Source of the DNA: Haliotis rubra
Lineage: Eukaryota
NCBI RefSeq assembly: GCF_003918875.1
Contig: NW_025767227.1
Location: forward strand, 310,001 to 374,000
Length of the DNA: 64,000 nt
Reading direction: 5' to 3'
Part shown: in pieces, positions 25,404 through 37,964 of the stretch
How the letters are laid out: each line of letters starts with the position of its first letter
Position numbering within the stretch: the first letter of the stretch is position 1
Notes under the pieces: generated by a model
Database searches by the model: none
Told to the model about the DNA's origin: nothing
Seen by the model: the letters and a program-made list of their open reading frames with translations, nothing else
Translations under genes and position numbers: made by a program

Positions 25404-26038
25404 CCACAATCCATTGTGCAGGTTTGTGTCCCTTAGATCCCTTGAAACCTAAGGTCGTGGGTTCCAACTCCTGATTGGGCCTGGTCGTACACACGTGGTT
25501 CTAGGTTGCCCCGTGGGCTTTACAAACTAGTAAATGTGTTAGGTTTACATCACTGTTCTCCCACGTCAAGCTGACATACGTTGATGTAACTGACCTACTC
25601 ATTGTGCAGTGACATGTCTGAGCTATAGACATATTTCAGTATGGGTCTGTGTGTGTCATCCCGATGTGGACGGAAAGACAATGTGACGCATGTCGTCCCC
25701 GTTTACAAATTTGACAGACAGAAATAATGAGAAGTGAGAGATGATGAGGGGAGTGAGACGACGCTCGTGAAATTATCTGGTGGTCAAGTCCTCACTCGAG
25801 CGGCACAAATGTAACTGAAATTGTCAATTTATCAATTTTTCACTGTCTAATATCGTGACATTTGAAAGATCATGCCTAAATGATTGATAAATAAAAAATA
25901 CGCCAGTGGTTAATAGGTAATACCTTTGTGATTGATAGGTAATACGTTCGTGATTGATAGGTAATATGTTAGTGATCGATACATAATACGCTAGCGATCG
26001 ATAGATAATACGTTAGTGGTTGATAAGTAATACGTTAG

Positions 26039-26270
26039 CAGTGTATGAAATACGGCCGACCGCCCGAGACGGGCTAGATTTCTGACGGACGGTCTAAATT
26101 TACAGCTAGCCAGCCCGATGGTCGGGTGATGTTTTTAGATATTCCATATACACCTGAGTAAATTCACCATATCGTCTTGTCTGGTCTGGTTAAATCCATT
26201 TTGGGCTGGTAAAATTTTGAAGTTACCAGCCCTGATGTTTGGCTGGGTTTTGGGCTTCTTTCATACACTG
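26039..26270. mobile_element. MITE with CAG termini (hAT-like), 12-bp TIR cagtgtatgaaa
   Basis: Perfect TIRs; internal ccgaccgcccgagacggg is shared with a related element near 40659-40950. Confidence 0.8.
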
Positions 26271-26800
26271 ACATTAGTGATTGATGTACGAGTCATTTTC
26301 ACGAAGAGTGTAGTTTTCTGTCCATCATACCAAATATTATATATGTTGTTATTTTTCTAACTATTTTAAGGTTTGATATTAAAAAAGTGCATACTAGAAT
26401 TGCAAAATAACAATTTTGTTTGATATTTTAATTTTTTTTGCAATGTTTTATGATGCAATTTTGCTGAAAATGGCTTGTCCCAAGGTGAGTTTTCAATTTA
26501 TCTCATCATTTCTTAGATATGAATTAACAGTAAATGTCTAATAAGCAGGTTTCCTTGAATGATTAAACATTCATATCATGAAAAATACACTGAAATAACA
26601 AACTTTGAAATTTATTTTTAAGATTTTTTTCCCATTTATGCATGTCCCACAGAAAAATGTCCTTACTGTTACCAGAAGGAAAACAATTTAAAATTGAGGC
26701 ATCCCTTGGTCACATAGTAAAGCCACTTCCTCTCTTCAATCTTCCACTTCCTGTCTTTAAAATGGCATGCAGCATGTTTTGGGTCCTCTAAACATTTAGT

Positions 26801-26970
26801 GGGGCGGTGGGGTAGCCTAGTGGTTAAAGCGTTGGCTCATCACGCCGAAGACCCGGGTTCGATTCCCCACATGGGCACAATGTGTTAAGCCCATTTCTGG
26901 TGTCCCCCGCCGTGATATTGCTGGAATATTGCTAAAAGCGGCGTAAAACTAAACTCAGTCAGTCAGTCAG
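26801..26970 (+). mobile_element. SINE family A nested in the TIR element
   Basis: Near-consensus; TSD tctaaacatttagt. Confidence 0.93.
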
Positions 26971-27416
26971 TCTAAACATTTAGTCATATTTTTAAATAAC
27001 AATTAAGTGAAAAGTTGATTGTACTAAATGTGTATGTCCATACTGTTACCATGGTTTTAGGTATACAGAATAAGTTTATGAAAAAATCAATTTGCATGTA
27101 AATTGACTTGCTTATTAGTCCCTGTGAACATATGCTTTTAGGGATTTGAAGGGAGCATTCTGTAAATATTGAATAATTTTTAAACAATTGTCCTCACTGT
27201 TACTGTCCTTACTGTTACCATATAAACAAGAAGCAGTAAGGACAACTTCAGTAACAGTATGGAATTATTTTTTTTAAAAGGATCTTAAAGACATATTTGT
27301 CACTGTGTTTTGAAATCCTTGACTGATATTACTCAGAATATACATTTGAAACAGTTTTTATTGTGAATAAAAAAACCTTGATTCGCAAAAAGTTTATTGT
27401 TGATTTTTTAACGCTT

Positions 27417-27665
27417 GGTAACAGTATGGACAAACTCGGTAACAGTATGGACAAACTCGGTAACAGTATGGACAAACTCGGTAACAGTGTGGACAAACTC
27501 GGTAACAGTATGGACAAACTCGGTAACAGTATGGACAAACTCGGTAACAGTATGGACAAAGTCGGTAACAGTATGGACAAACTCGGTAACAGTATGGACA
27601 AACTCGGTAACAGTGTGGACAAACTCGGTAACAGTGTGGACAAACTCGGTAACAGTGTGGACAAA
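27417..27665. repeat. 21-bp tandem array (ggtaacagtatggacaaactc) about x12
   Basis: Direct inspection; explains the repetitive ORFs in several frames. Confidence 0.96.
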
Positions 27666-28392
27666 TGTCTACCAAAAAAGATTGAAACTAACAATCATTG
27701 CAATTATTTACATTTCAAGCTACGTATGACCCTTTATATAAACTTTTATATGTCATTAGATTATATAAGATGTTCATCAATGCTATTAGTTTCATTAACA
27801 GTATGGAACTAAAAAGGTAACAGTAAAGACAAATTTATTCAAAATCAATAATTTTTTCTTATAAAATGCTGATAATTTTTTAAATTCTTTACTCATGCTT
27901 TTTGTTTGGCAAATATTATTGGAAACTTTAATCATTGCTGGAAAATATCAACTTTAATCCAAATTTTCATTGAAACTTTATGTTTGGTAACAGTATGGAC
28001 ACTAAAAAGTAACAGTTTGGACAAAATTATTCAAAACCAATAAATATTTATATTTAAGATACTGATAATATTTGTCATTCTGCAGTGATGGTTTTTCTTT
28101 GAAATAAATATTGCAACCTTTAGTCACTGTTGCAAATGTTCAACTTTAATCAAAGTTTGCATTGAAACTTGTTTTTTTGGTAACAATAGTGTTGTGCAAC
28201 ATTGTAAAATTGAAGGGTTCACTGAAACAAAATTATCTGATAATAATCCTTATAAAATGACTGTTTCAGTTACAAGAATATATAAGCTGTGTTTTGTGAA
28301 GGGGTAGAAGTAAAATACATATTTCCAGAACCACATATCCTAGAAACTGTCATAGATGTCAGTACGAGCATCACTTATGTCGGTTACTTTGG

Positions 28393-28732
28393 TGAGGTGA
28401 GGTCAAACTGGATTTAACGTCTCGCTTGAGAATATTTCGCTCATATGACGACGTGCATGCGCGCGTGGGTGTATAGATGCGGCTGCTTGTACTAGCCCAG
28501 ACTTAAGCTGGTTTTATGGTGCTAGCCCACTGAGATACCATGACGCAGTGAAGCATGAATACCCAACTCAGACACATTATACTGACTCCGAGACGACCAG
28601 TCCATGTTGTACCCATTAATGCCGAGCGCCAGACAGGGACTAACAAGTACCATATGATGCGGTCGGGGATCGAACCCGCGACCTTCCGCTCTCCGGGCGG
28701 ACGCTCTAACCACTACACCACGGGGGCGGTCC
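28393..28732 (-). mobile_element. tRNA-headed SINE family C (longer, with central conserved domain)
   Basis: GTGGTGTAGTGGTTAGAGCG...GGTTCGATCCCC head, central TCAGTATAATGTG block, (CCTCA)n tail, TSD ttactttgg. Confidence 0.85.
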
Positions 28733-28908
28733 TTACTTTGGAAAATTGTGACCAACAAACATTTATTTTGTTCAGTTCTTCTGTGAAAATATTTCTTTCT
28801 ACAATGTTTTTAATGTTTATTTATTTCAACTGAGCAATACAAAATAACATTTTGTTTACTGATCAATTTGCATTATGTAATATGAAAAGATTGACCTTAA
28901 TGTCCATC

Positions 28909-29362
28909 TTGTTACCGTTGTCGTCCTTACTGTTACCGTTGTCGTCCTTACTGTTACCGTTGTCGTCCTTACTGACACCGTTGTCGTCCTTACTGTTACC
29001 GTTTTCGTCCTAACTGTTACCGTTGTCGTCCTTACTGACACCGTTGTCGTCCTTACTGTTACCGTTGTCGTCCTTACTGTTACCGTTGTCGTCCTTACTG
29101 TTACCGTTGTCGTCCTTACTGTTACCGTTGTCGTCCTAACTGTTACCGTTTTCGTCCTAACTGTTACCGTTGTCGTCCTTACTGTTACCGTTGTCGTCCT
29201 TACTGTTACCGTTGTCGTCCTAACTGTTACCGTTGTCGTCCTTACTGTTACCGTTTTCGTCCTAACTGTTACCGTTTTCGGCCTAACTGTTACCGTTGTC
29301 GTCCATACTGTTACCGTTGTCGTCGTCCTTACTGTTACCGTTGTCGTCCTTACTGTTACCGT
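28909..29362. repeat. 21-bp tandem array (gttaccgttgtcgtccttact) about x21, inverted relative of the 27417 array
   Basis: Its reverse complement shares GGTAACAGTAWGGAC. Confidence 0.96.
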
Positions 29363-31565
29363 CAATATCCATGACTATTGTTCAGAATTTGTTTTTATAT
29401 TTTAGTAATGCATGTGAAATGTTTTCAAAGATTACTTCTATCTATTTCCCTACATATGACTTGTGACTCTCAAAGATAATGGAGCATGGAAAATATATTT
29501 GTAACAACGTAATAGATAACTTTGCTGGCAGCTTTCTCGTTTTTCTGTCAAAGCAAATTATTGAAAAATCAAATTTAAAATATTCTTAAACAATCATTTA
29601 TTGTTTTCAATTTATGATAAAATATAAACACTTTCTTATCTTGGCGCAAAAATATAGATGTGAAAATGAAATAGAACTTACTTTTTCAGTTGGTTTTAAG
29701 AGTGGTAACAGTATGGACATGTTTTATGTAATTACCTTGAAAAACGATCTTTAAGGAAAAATCTAATAAAGGTGAAGCATGCATTTTTGTGAATTCATTA
29801 ACTTCAGTCGATAGTTTACAAAATCAATGGATAAGTCATCATAACCCCACAATTAATTTTTTCTGTTTTCATCTTTTCAAATTTACACACTTCGTGAAAA
29901 TGACTCATATAATACATTAGTGATTGATAAGTAATACGTTAGTGATTGATAAGTAATACGTTACTGATTTCTACGTAATACGTTAGTGATTGATAAGTAA
30001 TACGTTAGTGATTGATATGTAATACGTTAACGATTGATATGTAATACGTTAGTGATTGATAAGTAATACGTTCGCTCTTGATAAGTAATACGTTGGTGAT
30101 TGATCTGGTGAGTGGCGCTGGTGCGATATAAGTAATACGCCAGTAATTGATAAGTAATACGTTAGTGATTGATAAGTAATACGTTACTGATTGATAAGTA
30201 ATACGTTAGTGATTGATAAGTAATACGTGAGTGATTGATAAGTAATACGTTAGTGATTGATAAGTAATACGTTAGCGATTGATATGTAATACGTTGGTGA
30301 TTGATCTGGTGAGTGGCGCTGATGCGATATAAGTAATACGCCAGTAATTGATAAGTAATACGTTAGCGATTGATAAGTAATACGTGACTGATTGATAAGT
30401 AATACGTTAGCGATTGATAAGTAATACGTTAGTGATTGATAAGTAATACGTTACTGATTGATAAGTAATACGTTACTGATTGATAAGTAATACGTTAGCG
30501 ATTGATAAGTAATACGTTAGTGATTGATAAGTAATACGTTAGCGATTGATATGTAATACGTTAGCGATTGATATGTAATACGTTAGCTCTTGATAAGTAA
30601 TACGTTGGTAATTGATCTGGTGAGTGGCGCTGATGCGATATGAGTAATACGCCAGTAATTGATAAGTAATACGTTAGTGATTGATAAGTAATACGCCAGT
30701 AATTGATAAGTAATACGTTACTGATTGATAAGTAATACGTTACTGATTGATAAGTAATACGTTAGCTCTTGATAAGTAATACGTTGGTAATTGATTTGGT
30801 GACTGGCGCTGATGCGATATAAGTAATACGCCAGTAATTGATAAGTAATACATTAGCGATTGATATGTAATACGTTAGTGATTGATAAGTAATACGTTAG
30901 TGATTGATAAGTAATACGTTAGTGATTGATCTGGTGAGTGGAACTAATGGGATGTTAATTTAAAACAGGTCACGTGGTTATGCCTTTGTTCAGGGCAATC
31001 AATAGTTTTTGGTTTAGTATGGTTCAAACATTAGTCCTTTTTCTGATTTTGATACAAGGGTTGTCTTTCCTGTGTACCTTCGAATCACCAACACGGTACG
31101 TTAGGCTTGCTCCTAAAAGGTAACAGCCAGAGCCAGTGGGAGTCCATTTTTGAACTATAGAAGTACCAAAACCGGATGTTCAGGGAGCTACAACAAACTA
31201 TATATAACTTTCGCAGTCAACTAAAGCTGCAATTCAAAACAAATACAAAAACCAAACAAACTAATTACCTATTCGTGTTACATTACAAAGGTATTTAGTT
31301 ATTTCATTCCTCTTTATGTGTAATTTCGAAAATATTAGTTATTATGAAAAAGTTTGTGTGTTAGTGTCCTTTAAGCCGCAGCAGCAGCAGGGCTGGCTAA
31401 AATTATCGATAATCGGAAAAATCGTCAATAGGAACTATTATTAATGAATAGCGATATGAAAATTGAGATATCCATAGTATCGTACATTATTCATGGTCTG
31501 CTTCTAAATTATGTACAGGACGCTGTTTTGTTAATAATCCATGCACAAAAAACATGAAATATTGT

Positions 31566-31751
31566 AAGGGACATTCTCGCGATCTCGCATTCTCGCGATC
31601 TCGACTTTTAGAAACAAGCTAAAAACGCCAAAAGTGCGAGAACGGAGATCGCGGGAACGCGAGATTTGGCCAAAATCTCACGTTCTCGCAATCTCGCACT
31701 TTTGGCATTTTTAGCTTGTTTCCAATGGTCGAGATCGCGAGAATATCCCTT
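31566..31751. mobile_element. Palindromic MITE
   Basis: aagggacattctcgcgatctcg...cgagatcgcgagaatatccctt, symmetric around tttggccaaa. Confidence 0.8.
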
Positions 31752-32449
31752 GCAGTATTCCATGCACCAGTGATCTGAAATATATTACTTTTCTTTCCAC
31801 ATTTTGGCATTTGTGCTCAAAATTCCGTCTCCAATATGTATCGATAACCGATCGATATTTTGTTAACGAAAATCGATCTCTATGATGCCCTAATCAGCAG
31901 TACTTCGACTACTTAGACCACCAGCCTGAATCCGGTTCCTGGTGAAAAACAACAAATGACACACTAAGGATATACATCTACACGAAATATACACAAAGAA
32001 CTTAATTACGCACCCACTGTAGTTTTGCAATAAAAGGTTTTCAACACGTAAACAAAACTTATCGTGGTGACCACGATGGAAGAACATGATTATTTATCGA
32101 TGTTTTGACAGGGCAGAGATACCTAGGGATCGAACTCAGAACAATAATAAATGAACGTACATGTGGCCGTGAAGTCTGTGGGTTAAGGGTCGTTGGTTAA
32201 TGGAATGGATGTATTCAAACTGGCCATTTTGCTGAAAATTATTATGATTGAGTAAGTGTGTGTTTGAAACGATACAGGTACATGTGTATCGCTGGGTATA
32301 GTATCGTCTGAGAAAATTATCGATATATTGTGAATCATGGCATGTCCAGGATTAATTATATATAGGATTCAAATAGAATTGAAAAACAGACATCACAACA
32401 CATTATTGTGATGAAATACCTTGCTAATTTACCAAGCTCTCTAAACCTT

Positions 32450-33060
32450 GAGTGAGTGAGTTGAGTGGAGCGGAGCGGAGCGGAGTGGAGTGAGTGAGGA
32501 GCGGAGTGGAGTGAGTGAGAGGAGTGAGTGGAGGGAGCGGAGTGAGTGAGTGAGTGAGGGAGGGATGGTTGGTTGGTTTCTGGCACTCCAAGGGTACGCA
32601 ACTCTGCCAAGCGATTTCATCGTTTTTAATATCATAATGATAACAGTCCATTTGTACGGCGTTTTCCCAAGAAGAATATCACGTTCAAAGCCGACCTAAA
32701 CTGTCTTTGAGGTGCTGGATGGTTAAGTGATATTACCATCTCATTCTACCTGGTATCCATCCACTGCTGGCTGAACAGAGGCAGATCTCGGACAAATTCA
32801 TCAGCGTCGGACAGGACTGTCCCAAGAAACTCTGTCAGGAGCCAAACTGTCGAACATAGTCACCCATTCGATGACTTCACCTGATGTTTATGCCGATGTG
32901 GCCTGAATTTTAACAATATTTCAGTTTTTCACAACCTGTCAGCTTGATATTGGTGAAATGTCCAAAGTGATGAATGTGTATGGTGCTGGGATTCGAACCT
33001 ATGATCATAGTTTTCTGGTGCGACTAAGAGACACAACCCTGCACAGCAAATTGCCCCGCC
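32450..33060 (-). mobile_element. Probable SINE (tRNA-like head at the right, (GAGT)/(GCGGA)n microsatellite tail at the left)
   Basis: B box GGTTCGAATCCC on the minus strand near 32988-32999; tail microsatellite 32450-32580. Confidence 0.55.
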
Positions 33061-33361
33061 TAGAATGACAGGGCCACCGTGTGCCGTCATTACAATGAAT
33101 AGTAGCGCTATAATTTGTCTTGCTGCTAAAACACACTTGATTGGCTAAATACATTTACAATATATAAAATAATTTTCAAAGCAACAATGAAAGATTTGCA
33201 TTAAGTTCAAGAAAAGCAGCCCCCATTGCCATTACGAGCACTACTTCATTTTAAAAACCATTGGAGGTAACAAAAGACCAGTGAAGTCTGAAATAGAGTA
33301 TAACATTTTGTGCGCATGCGTAGACTAATTGACTTTCTACACATGCGCACCGGTAATCGAA

Positions 33362-33665
33362 AAGGGCGACAACGCGACAATGCGACATATTCAATATGTC
33401 GCGTTGTCGCGCATTTTTAGGCTTTTATTAACACATCTTAGATGGGGCGACAATGCGACAACGCGACATATTTTGACCTTGAAAATTGTCGCTGTGTCGC
33501 ATTGTCGCCCTTTGGAGGAATAGAAAAATATTATTCAAAACGCGACATGCGACATCGCGACAAACAAATGGCCGAAATGTCGCGTTGTCGCATTGTCGTC
33601 GCGCTTTGGTTAATTTTGCCTCATTTTGCTTGTTTTGAGAGGGCGACAACGCGACAATGCGACAG
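33362..33665. repeat. Cluster of alternating direct and inverted GCGACAAYGCGACA motifs (MITE-internal type)
   Basis: At least 7 motif groups in alternating orientation. Confidence 0.8.
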
Positions 33666-35139
33666 CTACTAGTTCTCAGGCTTTTTATCGATATCAGTTC
33701 ACTCAATATCACTCAATATCACGAAATTATAAATTAGGAAGTGTTAAATTTGAGTAAATAGCGAGTCAGTGGGCACGATATCGATGTGACTCTGACAGCT
33801 TTTGAACTGTTTTCCTTCAGAATTATTTGCAAAACCCCATTTCATAATTTCGCCCATTCATGCATAAAGGATGTAATAATTCTATCGACAAAATGCCGCG
33901 ATGTAAACATAATCAATAAAAGGGAGGTAACTCTGTCTGGCGTAGTGATAGGCGTCTATTTCCAAGAATAAGCCCCGATATGTACTCCTTGGGTTCAAAC
34001 CTAACGAAAAAATGGGTTTCATTTTGCTTTTCCATGTATAATCGTTTTATGTTTCATTACCAGAAAGGATTAATTCTCATGAAATATATCTACATATCAA
34101 CTATAAATAACAGCCAGGATATACAAACAAACAAAGGGTAATCTCACTTACTAAGAAAGACTTAGTGTAATTCCAAATGTAACATTTGTTACAGTCAGGA
34201 TATATGACAGATAATAACTTCTGATGTAACACCATCAAAGGCCTTAATAAAAAACCCAAAAACATTTCTGTGTGCATGTATGTTTTAATGCCATTCTTCC
34301 CTTCCCTAGACAGAATACAAAAACAATTATTTCAACACTTTTTATGATTTTGTGAAATAATGTAATAAGGAACATCATATTTCAGTGATTTTAATACCAA
34401 CTGGGTTGTCCGTCATTACAACAACAAAACTGCGATGATACAAACATGAGGTTGATAAGGGCATTTACTTACAGATATTTCAGAATTGTATATTAACCAT
34501 ATTACGATGTGATTTTTGTATTTCAACAAATTCAACACAATATGCTCCTCAGTTGGAGAGATACCATTAATTTAAATGTAATTATGACATTTGTTCAAAG
34601 GGGGCCAGTCTAAGTAAACTTAGGCTCAGTAGCACAAATTTTCACACTGCGTATACATTGTACATTAAGATATGCCTGAAACGTGAAACTGGCAATTAAT
34701 GGGTTTTCTGAGTAAAGTTGACAGCAAGAGAATATATGACGTATTTCCCCATTGTGATTGTCAAAGTGTTGTTGCTAGTTTAGAAATCCTTTTTTATGGG
34801 GGCTTTAGGAATGATATAATCATTTTAAATCTCACAAATCGTAAAACCAAACTCAGAATACAATTATTATTGAGGAAAATATGTTGAAAGGTTCAGTTGC
34901 AAGACTCTATATTTATTGTAATGGTATCCTCAAGGGTGCAGATAGAACGGATATCATTGGTTGGCCACCATGTGTCCCCTGCCTGATTGTGTGACACTGG
35001 TACTTTGACGTGTAATGTTCATGCTTTCAACCACTGGTTTCGCTGGTCAACTCTTGGTCATTATTTACAAGCCGTCGTGCGGGCGTATCATGTTGCTGTG
35101 TCGTGAAATAACATTCAGTCAAGTACTTAGTCTGTCTCC

Positions 35140-35326
35140 CAGTCCTTGAACCACATTATTTTCCCTTATGCCTAGCCCCCCCTGCAGTGCTAAAGCCCTA
35201 AATGAAGCAAGTCTAGATTTCCTCAGGTTCTGAATCCCCCAACTCACTGGGGCTCCTTTTCAATTTAAATGGGTTTGTTTGTTACTATCAACATTATATA
35301 TATTCAGGGACTAAGCGTTAGTCTAC
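35140..35326 (-). repeat. Dispersed repeat, inverted copy of 21449-21630 / 24069-24250
   Basis: Shared gcaagtctagatttcctcagg and ggggctccttttcaatttaaatggg blocks. Confidence 0.85.
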
Positions 35327-35422
35327 CAGTTACTCAGCGGCCAATGGCAACATTACTCTTGCCACTGCTGCAGCAACTACATTATGTAAAGCCCTGTTCA
35401 TGTTAATCGTGGTGCATTGGAT

Positions 35423-35662
35423 CAGGGGTGGAAATAACTTTAAAATTGCTAGTGTACTCCGGTACAGTGGCACATGTAAAATCACTTGCCCTAATCATTT
35501 TTCCACTATACCGGCTGTTTTCTTGTTGATTGTATAAATAAATAACATTATTAACATTGGAAAGTCAACTGGACACTGGTACAGCGTGATATACAAATTT
35601 GCTTGCCCGACAGAAAAAAACACTGGACTCGGACGTCGGGCAATGGGTTATTTCCACCCCTG
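35423..35662. mobile_element. MITE with 16-bp TIR caggggtggaaataac
   Basis: Perfect TIRs. Confidence 0.85.
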
Positions 35663-36117
35663 TGGATACTGTGCTTCTTTACTGTAGAGAATTAAATCGT
35701 GTTGCAGATGACACATGCCTGTATGTTTGTATCACAAATAAACAAAAGCTTGTGCACAGTTATAACAATAAAAGAACAATGATCGGAAGCTCATGACAAC
35801 ATGCTTTGACTATTTTCGGAAACTTATCAGACACCGACCACGTGACACGTATAGGTAGAAAGAGGTGGGTCTTACAGTTGTGTTGTAACCAGTATCTGAC
35901 CTCTTGGACGTTCTATCTCACAGTGTTCGGACAGCCCAATATCACGCTTGCTTTTGGACACATACAGCTAAGTTCGGTATGCCAACTGATATCGCATACG
36001 TTACGTATTTTGTACTTTGCGGTCATAAATAACCCAGCTTTATCACGATGGCCTGTAAATAATTGAGACTGGACAATGCGAACTTGTAGTCTAACGCCGT
36101 CCATGACAAATCAGCTC

Positions 36118-36132
36118 AGTTTTTGTTTGCAG
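36118..36132 (+). other. 3' splice acceptor upstream of ABHD copy 1 (5'UTR intron); homologous acceptors end at 41388 and 50558
   Basis: TTTGTTTGCAG or TTTATTTGCAG lies 51-52 nt before the ATG in three paralogs, and paralog similarity starts there. Confidence 0.7.
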
Positions 36133-36183
36133 GCAATTGCGTGGCTTGGAGGAGCATAGCGATTAAGACCTCTTCTGTGAAAA

Positions 36184-37312
36184 ATGCAGGTCTCTTCTGA
36201 GGTCATGTACGTCGTTTTTTGGAAGTGTCGTTGCCACCGTCAGTGTCGTCGTATGGTACTACCGCCGTAACAAGTACACTGTTCCCGAACTTCATTGCCT
36301 GGACTCCGACCTTCATCGACACATCTTCAAAACCAAACCTGGGTTTACCTCCCCTTACCGGCCGCCATTTTGGCTACAGAACAACCATCTTCATACGATT
36401 ATAGCAACGTTGGTGCCGAAAACCAAAGTGACTTTCAAGCGCGAGTACGTGGATCTAGATGACGGAGGTGTGGTTGCCTTGGACTGGGCACAGGGTGGCT
36501 CTAAACCTGTTTCTGACACAAGCCCCATCCTCATTGTATTGCCTGGATTGACGGCCAGCGCGAAAGATAATGGAGAACTTTGCAACATGGCGTTAAAGAG
36601 AGGTTACCGAGTTGTGGTTTTCAATAAGCGTGGACACGGGGATTCAGTACTAGCGACACCGAAACTGCAAGGGTTTGGCGATGCGAAGGACATGAGACAC
36701 TGTGTGGAGTATTTACGGGACAAGAATCCCGCAGCAAAACTTGTGGGTATAGGCTCAAGTGCAGGGTCGGGCCTCCTTGCTTCCTATATGGGTGAATACG
36801 GAGCTGACGCCATCCTGGTGACCGGTGTATGTATATGCCCAGGATACGACGCCTTGGAGCTCTTTACCAAGCGGATGAATTTTCTTTACGAATTTCTTCT
36901 GCTTTCATCCTTGAAGAAGATCTTGAAGAAACATGCCAAGGTGTTATCGCCATTGCTTGATCTTGGTGCGGCGTACAAGGCAACACGTTTCATGGATTTC
37001 GACACCCAAGTCTATTGCAAGTTCTACGGGTATAAAGACATTATTGAGTACTGGAAACATAACAATCCAATGAGAAATATCCTCAATGTAAAGGTGCCCT
37101 TTTTGTGCATAAATAGCATGGACGATCCCATTTGTGCAGCCTGGAATATACCATTTAACATGTTTAAGGAAACTTCGGATAGGTTGCTGGTCACGACGAC
37201 CAAGGGAGGCCACTGCGGATTCCTTGAAGAATCCACACTGACGTCTTGGTCCGACCGACTGGCTCTTGATTACATCGACGCTGTGCTGGAGTTCAATACG
37301 GCTGCCAAATGA
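36184..37312 (+). CDS. ABHD15: ABHD15-like alpha/beta hydrolase copy 1 (375 aa if one extra T in the T6 run at 36215-36220 is removed)
   Basis: The ATG aligns with the paralogs. N-terminal hydrophobic anchor + WYYRR, DGGVVALDW, NKRGHG, PKLQGFGD, GSSAG, DDP and GGHCGF are all present. One +1 frameshift and no other lesion. Confidence 0.8.
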
Positions 37313-37923
37313 TCACAGACCAGATGGATGATCAAACTATACGTGAAATAGATGATCAAGGCTTAACTTTCGATGGCTGTGTACCTCTGTTACACGAAAG
37401 ATACTAGATTTACTAGACATGTGAGGAAAATATCAAATTTAAGATAATATCACCTGTTAATGAAAACTACCTCTTAATTTATACGTAAATTTACGAAGCA
37501 TTGCATATATTACCTGTTCGTGCTGCTCTAAGGCGATAATGTCATAATCGTTGTCCATCCATCGTATGTGGATTTCTACTGTGTGCATGCCATGTATTAT
37601 ATATTTACTCTTCCATTTATTTGTTTGTTTGTTGTTTATCGTCACTTAGAAATATTCCAGCTGTATCATAGACATTGAAGTCAGTTCTTTAACAACCGTT
37701 ACTTTTTTCCCTTTGTTATTTCCGTACAATTGTACAGAAAACACATCCAATACTTGTTCAATGTTTGATGGACATTCTTGGTGTACGCCTCAGCCCCGAC
37801 CTCACACTGCTGGAACATTGCTTGAAACACAACTCTTGCTCCCTAACGGAAGCCATGGTTTTCTTCTGTAGCTCACGAAAACACATATTTGAAAACATGT
37901 GATATCACATACCATTTCATTTC

Positions 37924-37929
37924 AATAAA
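37924..37929 (+). terminator. Candidate poly(A) signal, ABHD copy 1
   Basis: AATAAA in a context (atttcat-tcaataaagtca) conserved with copy 2 at 43681. Confidence 0.6.
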
Positions 37930-37964
37930 GTCATTTGTTATTTGCTTTGTTCTTGTTGCTATTT

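Larger units (their letters stand above)
26289..29907. mobile_element. 3.6-kb non-autonomous TIR DNA transposon, TA-flanked (Tc1/mariner-like ends)
   Basis: TA|cgagtcattttcacgaagagtgta ... tacacacttcgtgaaaatgactca|TA; no transposase ORF seen. Confidence 0.85.
25880..30935. repeat. 22-bp satellite (gtaatacgttagtgattgataa) split into 25880-26038, 26271-26286 and 29910-30935 by two transposon insertions
   Basis: Period 22; units resume immediately after each insertion. Confidence 0.92.

Noticed and set aside
27329-29365. Repetitive ORFs (LGNSMDK, SVTVWTN, VCPYCYR, TVTVRTT)
   Set aside because: Translations of 21-bp tandem arrays open in several frames and on both strands; no splice or domain evidence.
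29910-30935. TAATACG resembling a T7 promoter start
   Set aside because: Only a 7-nt chance match within the satellite unit.
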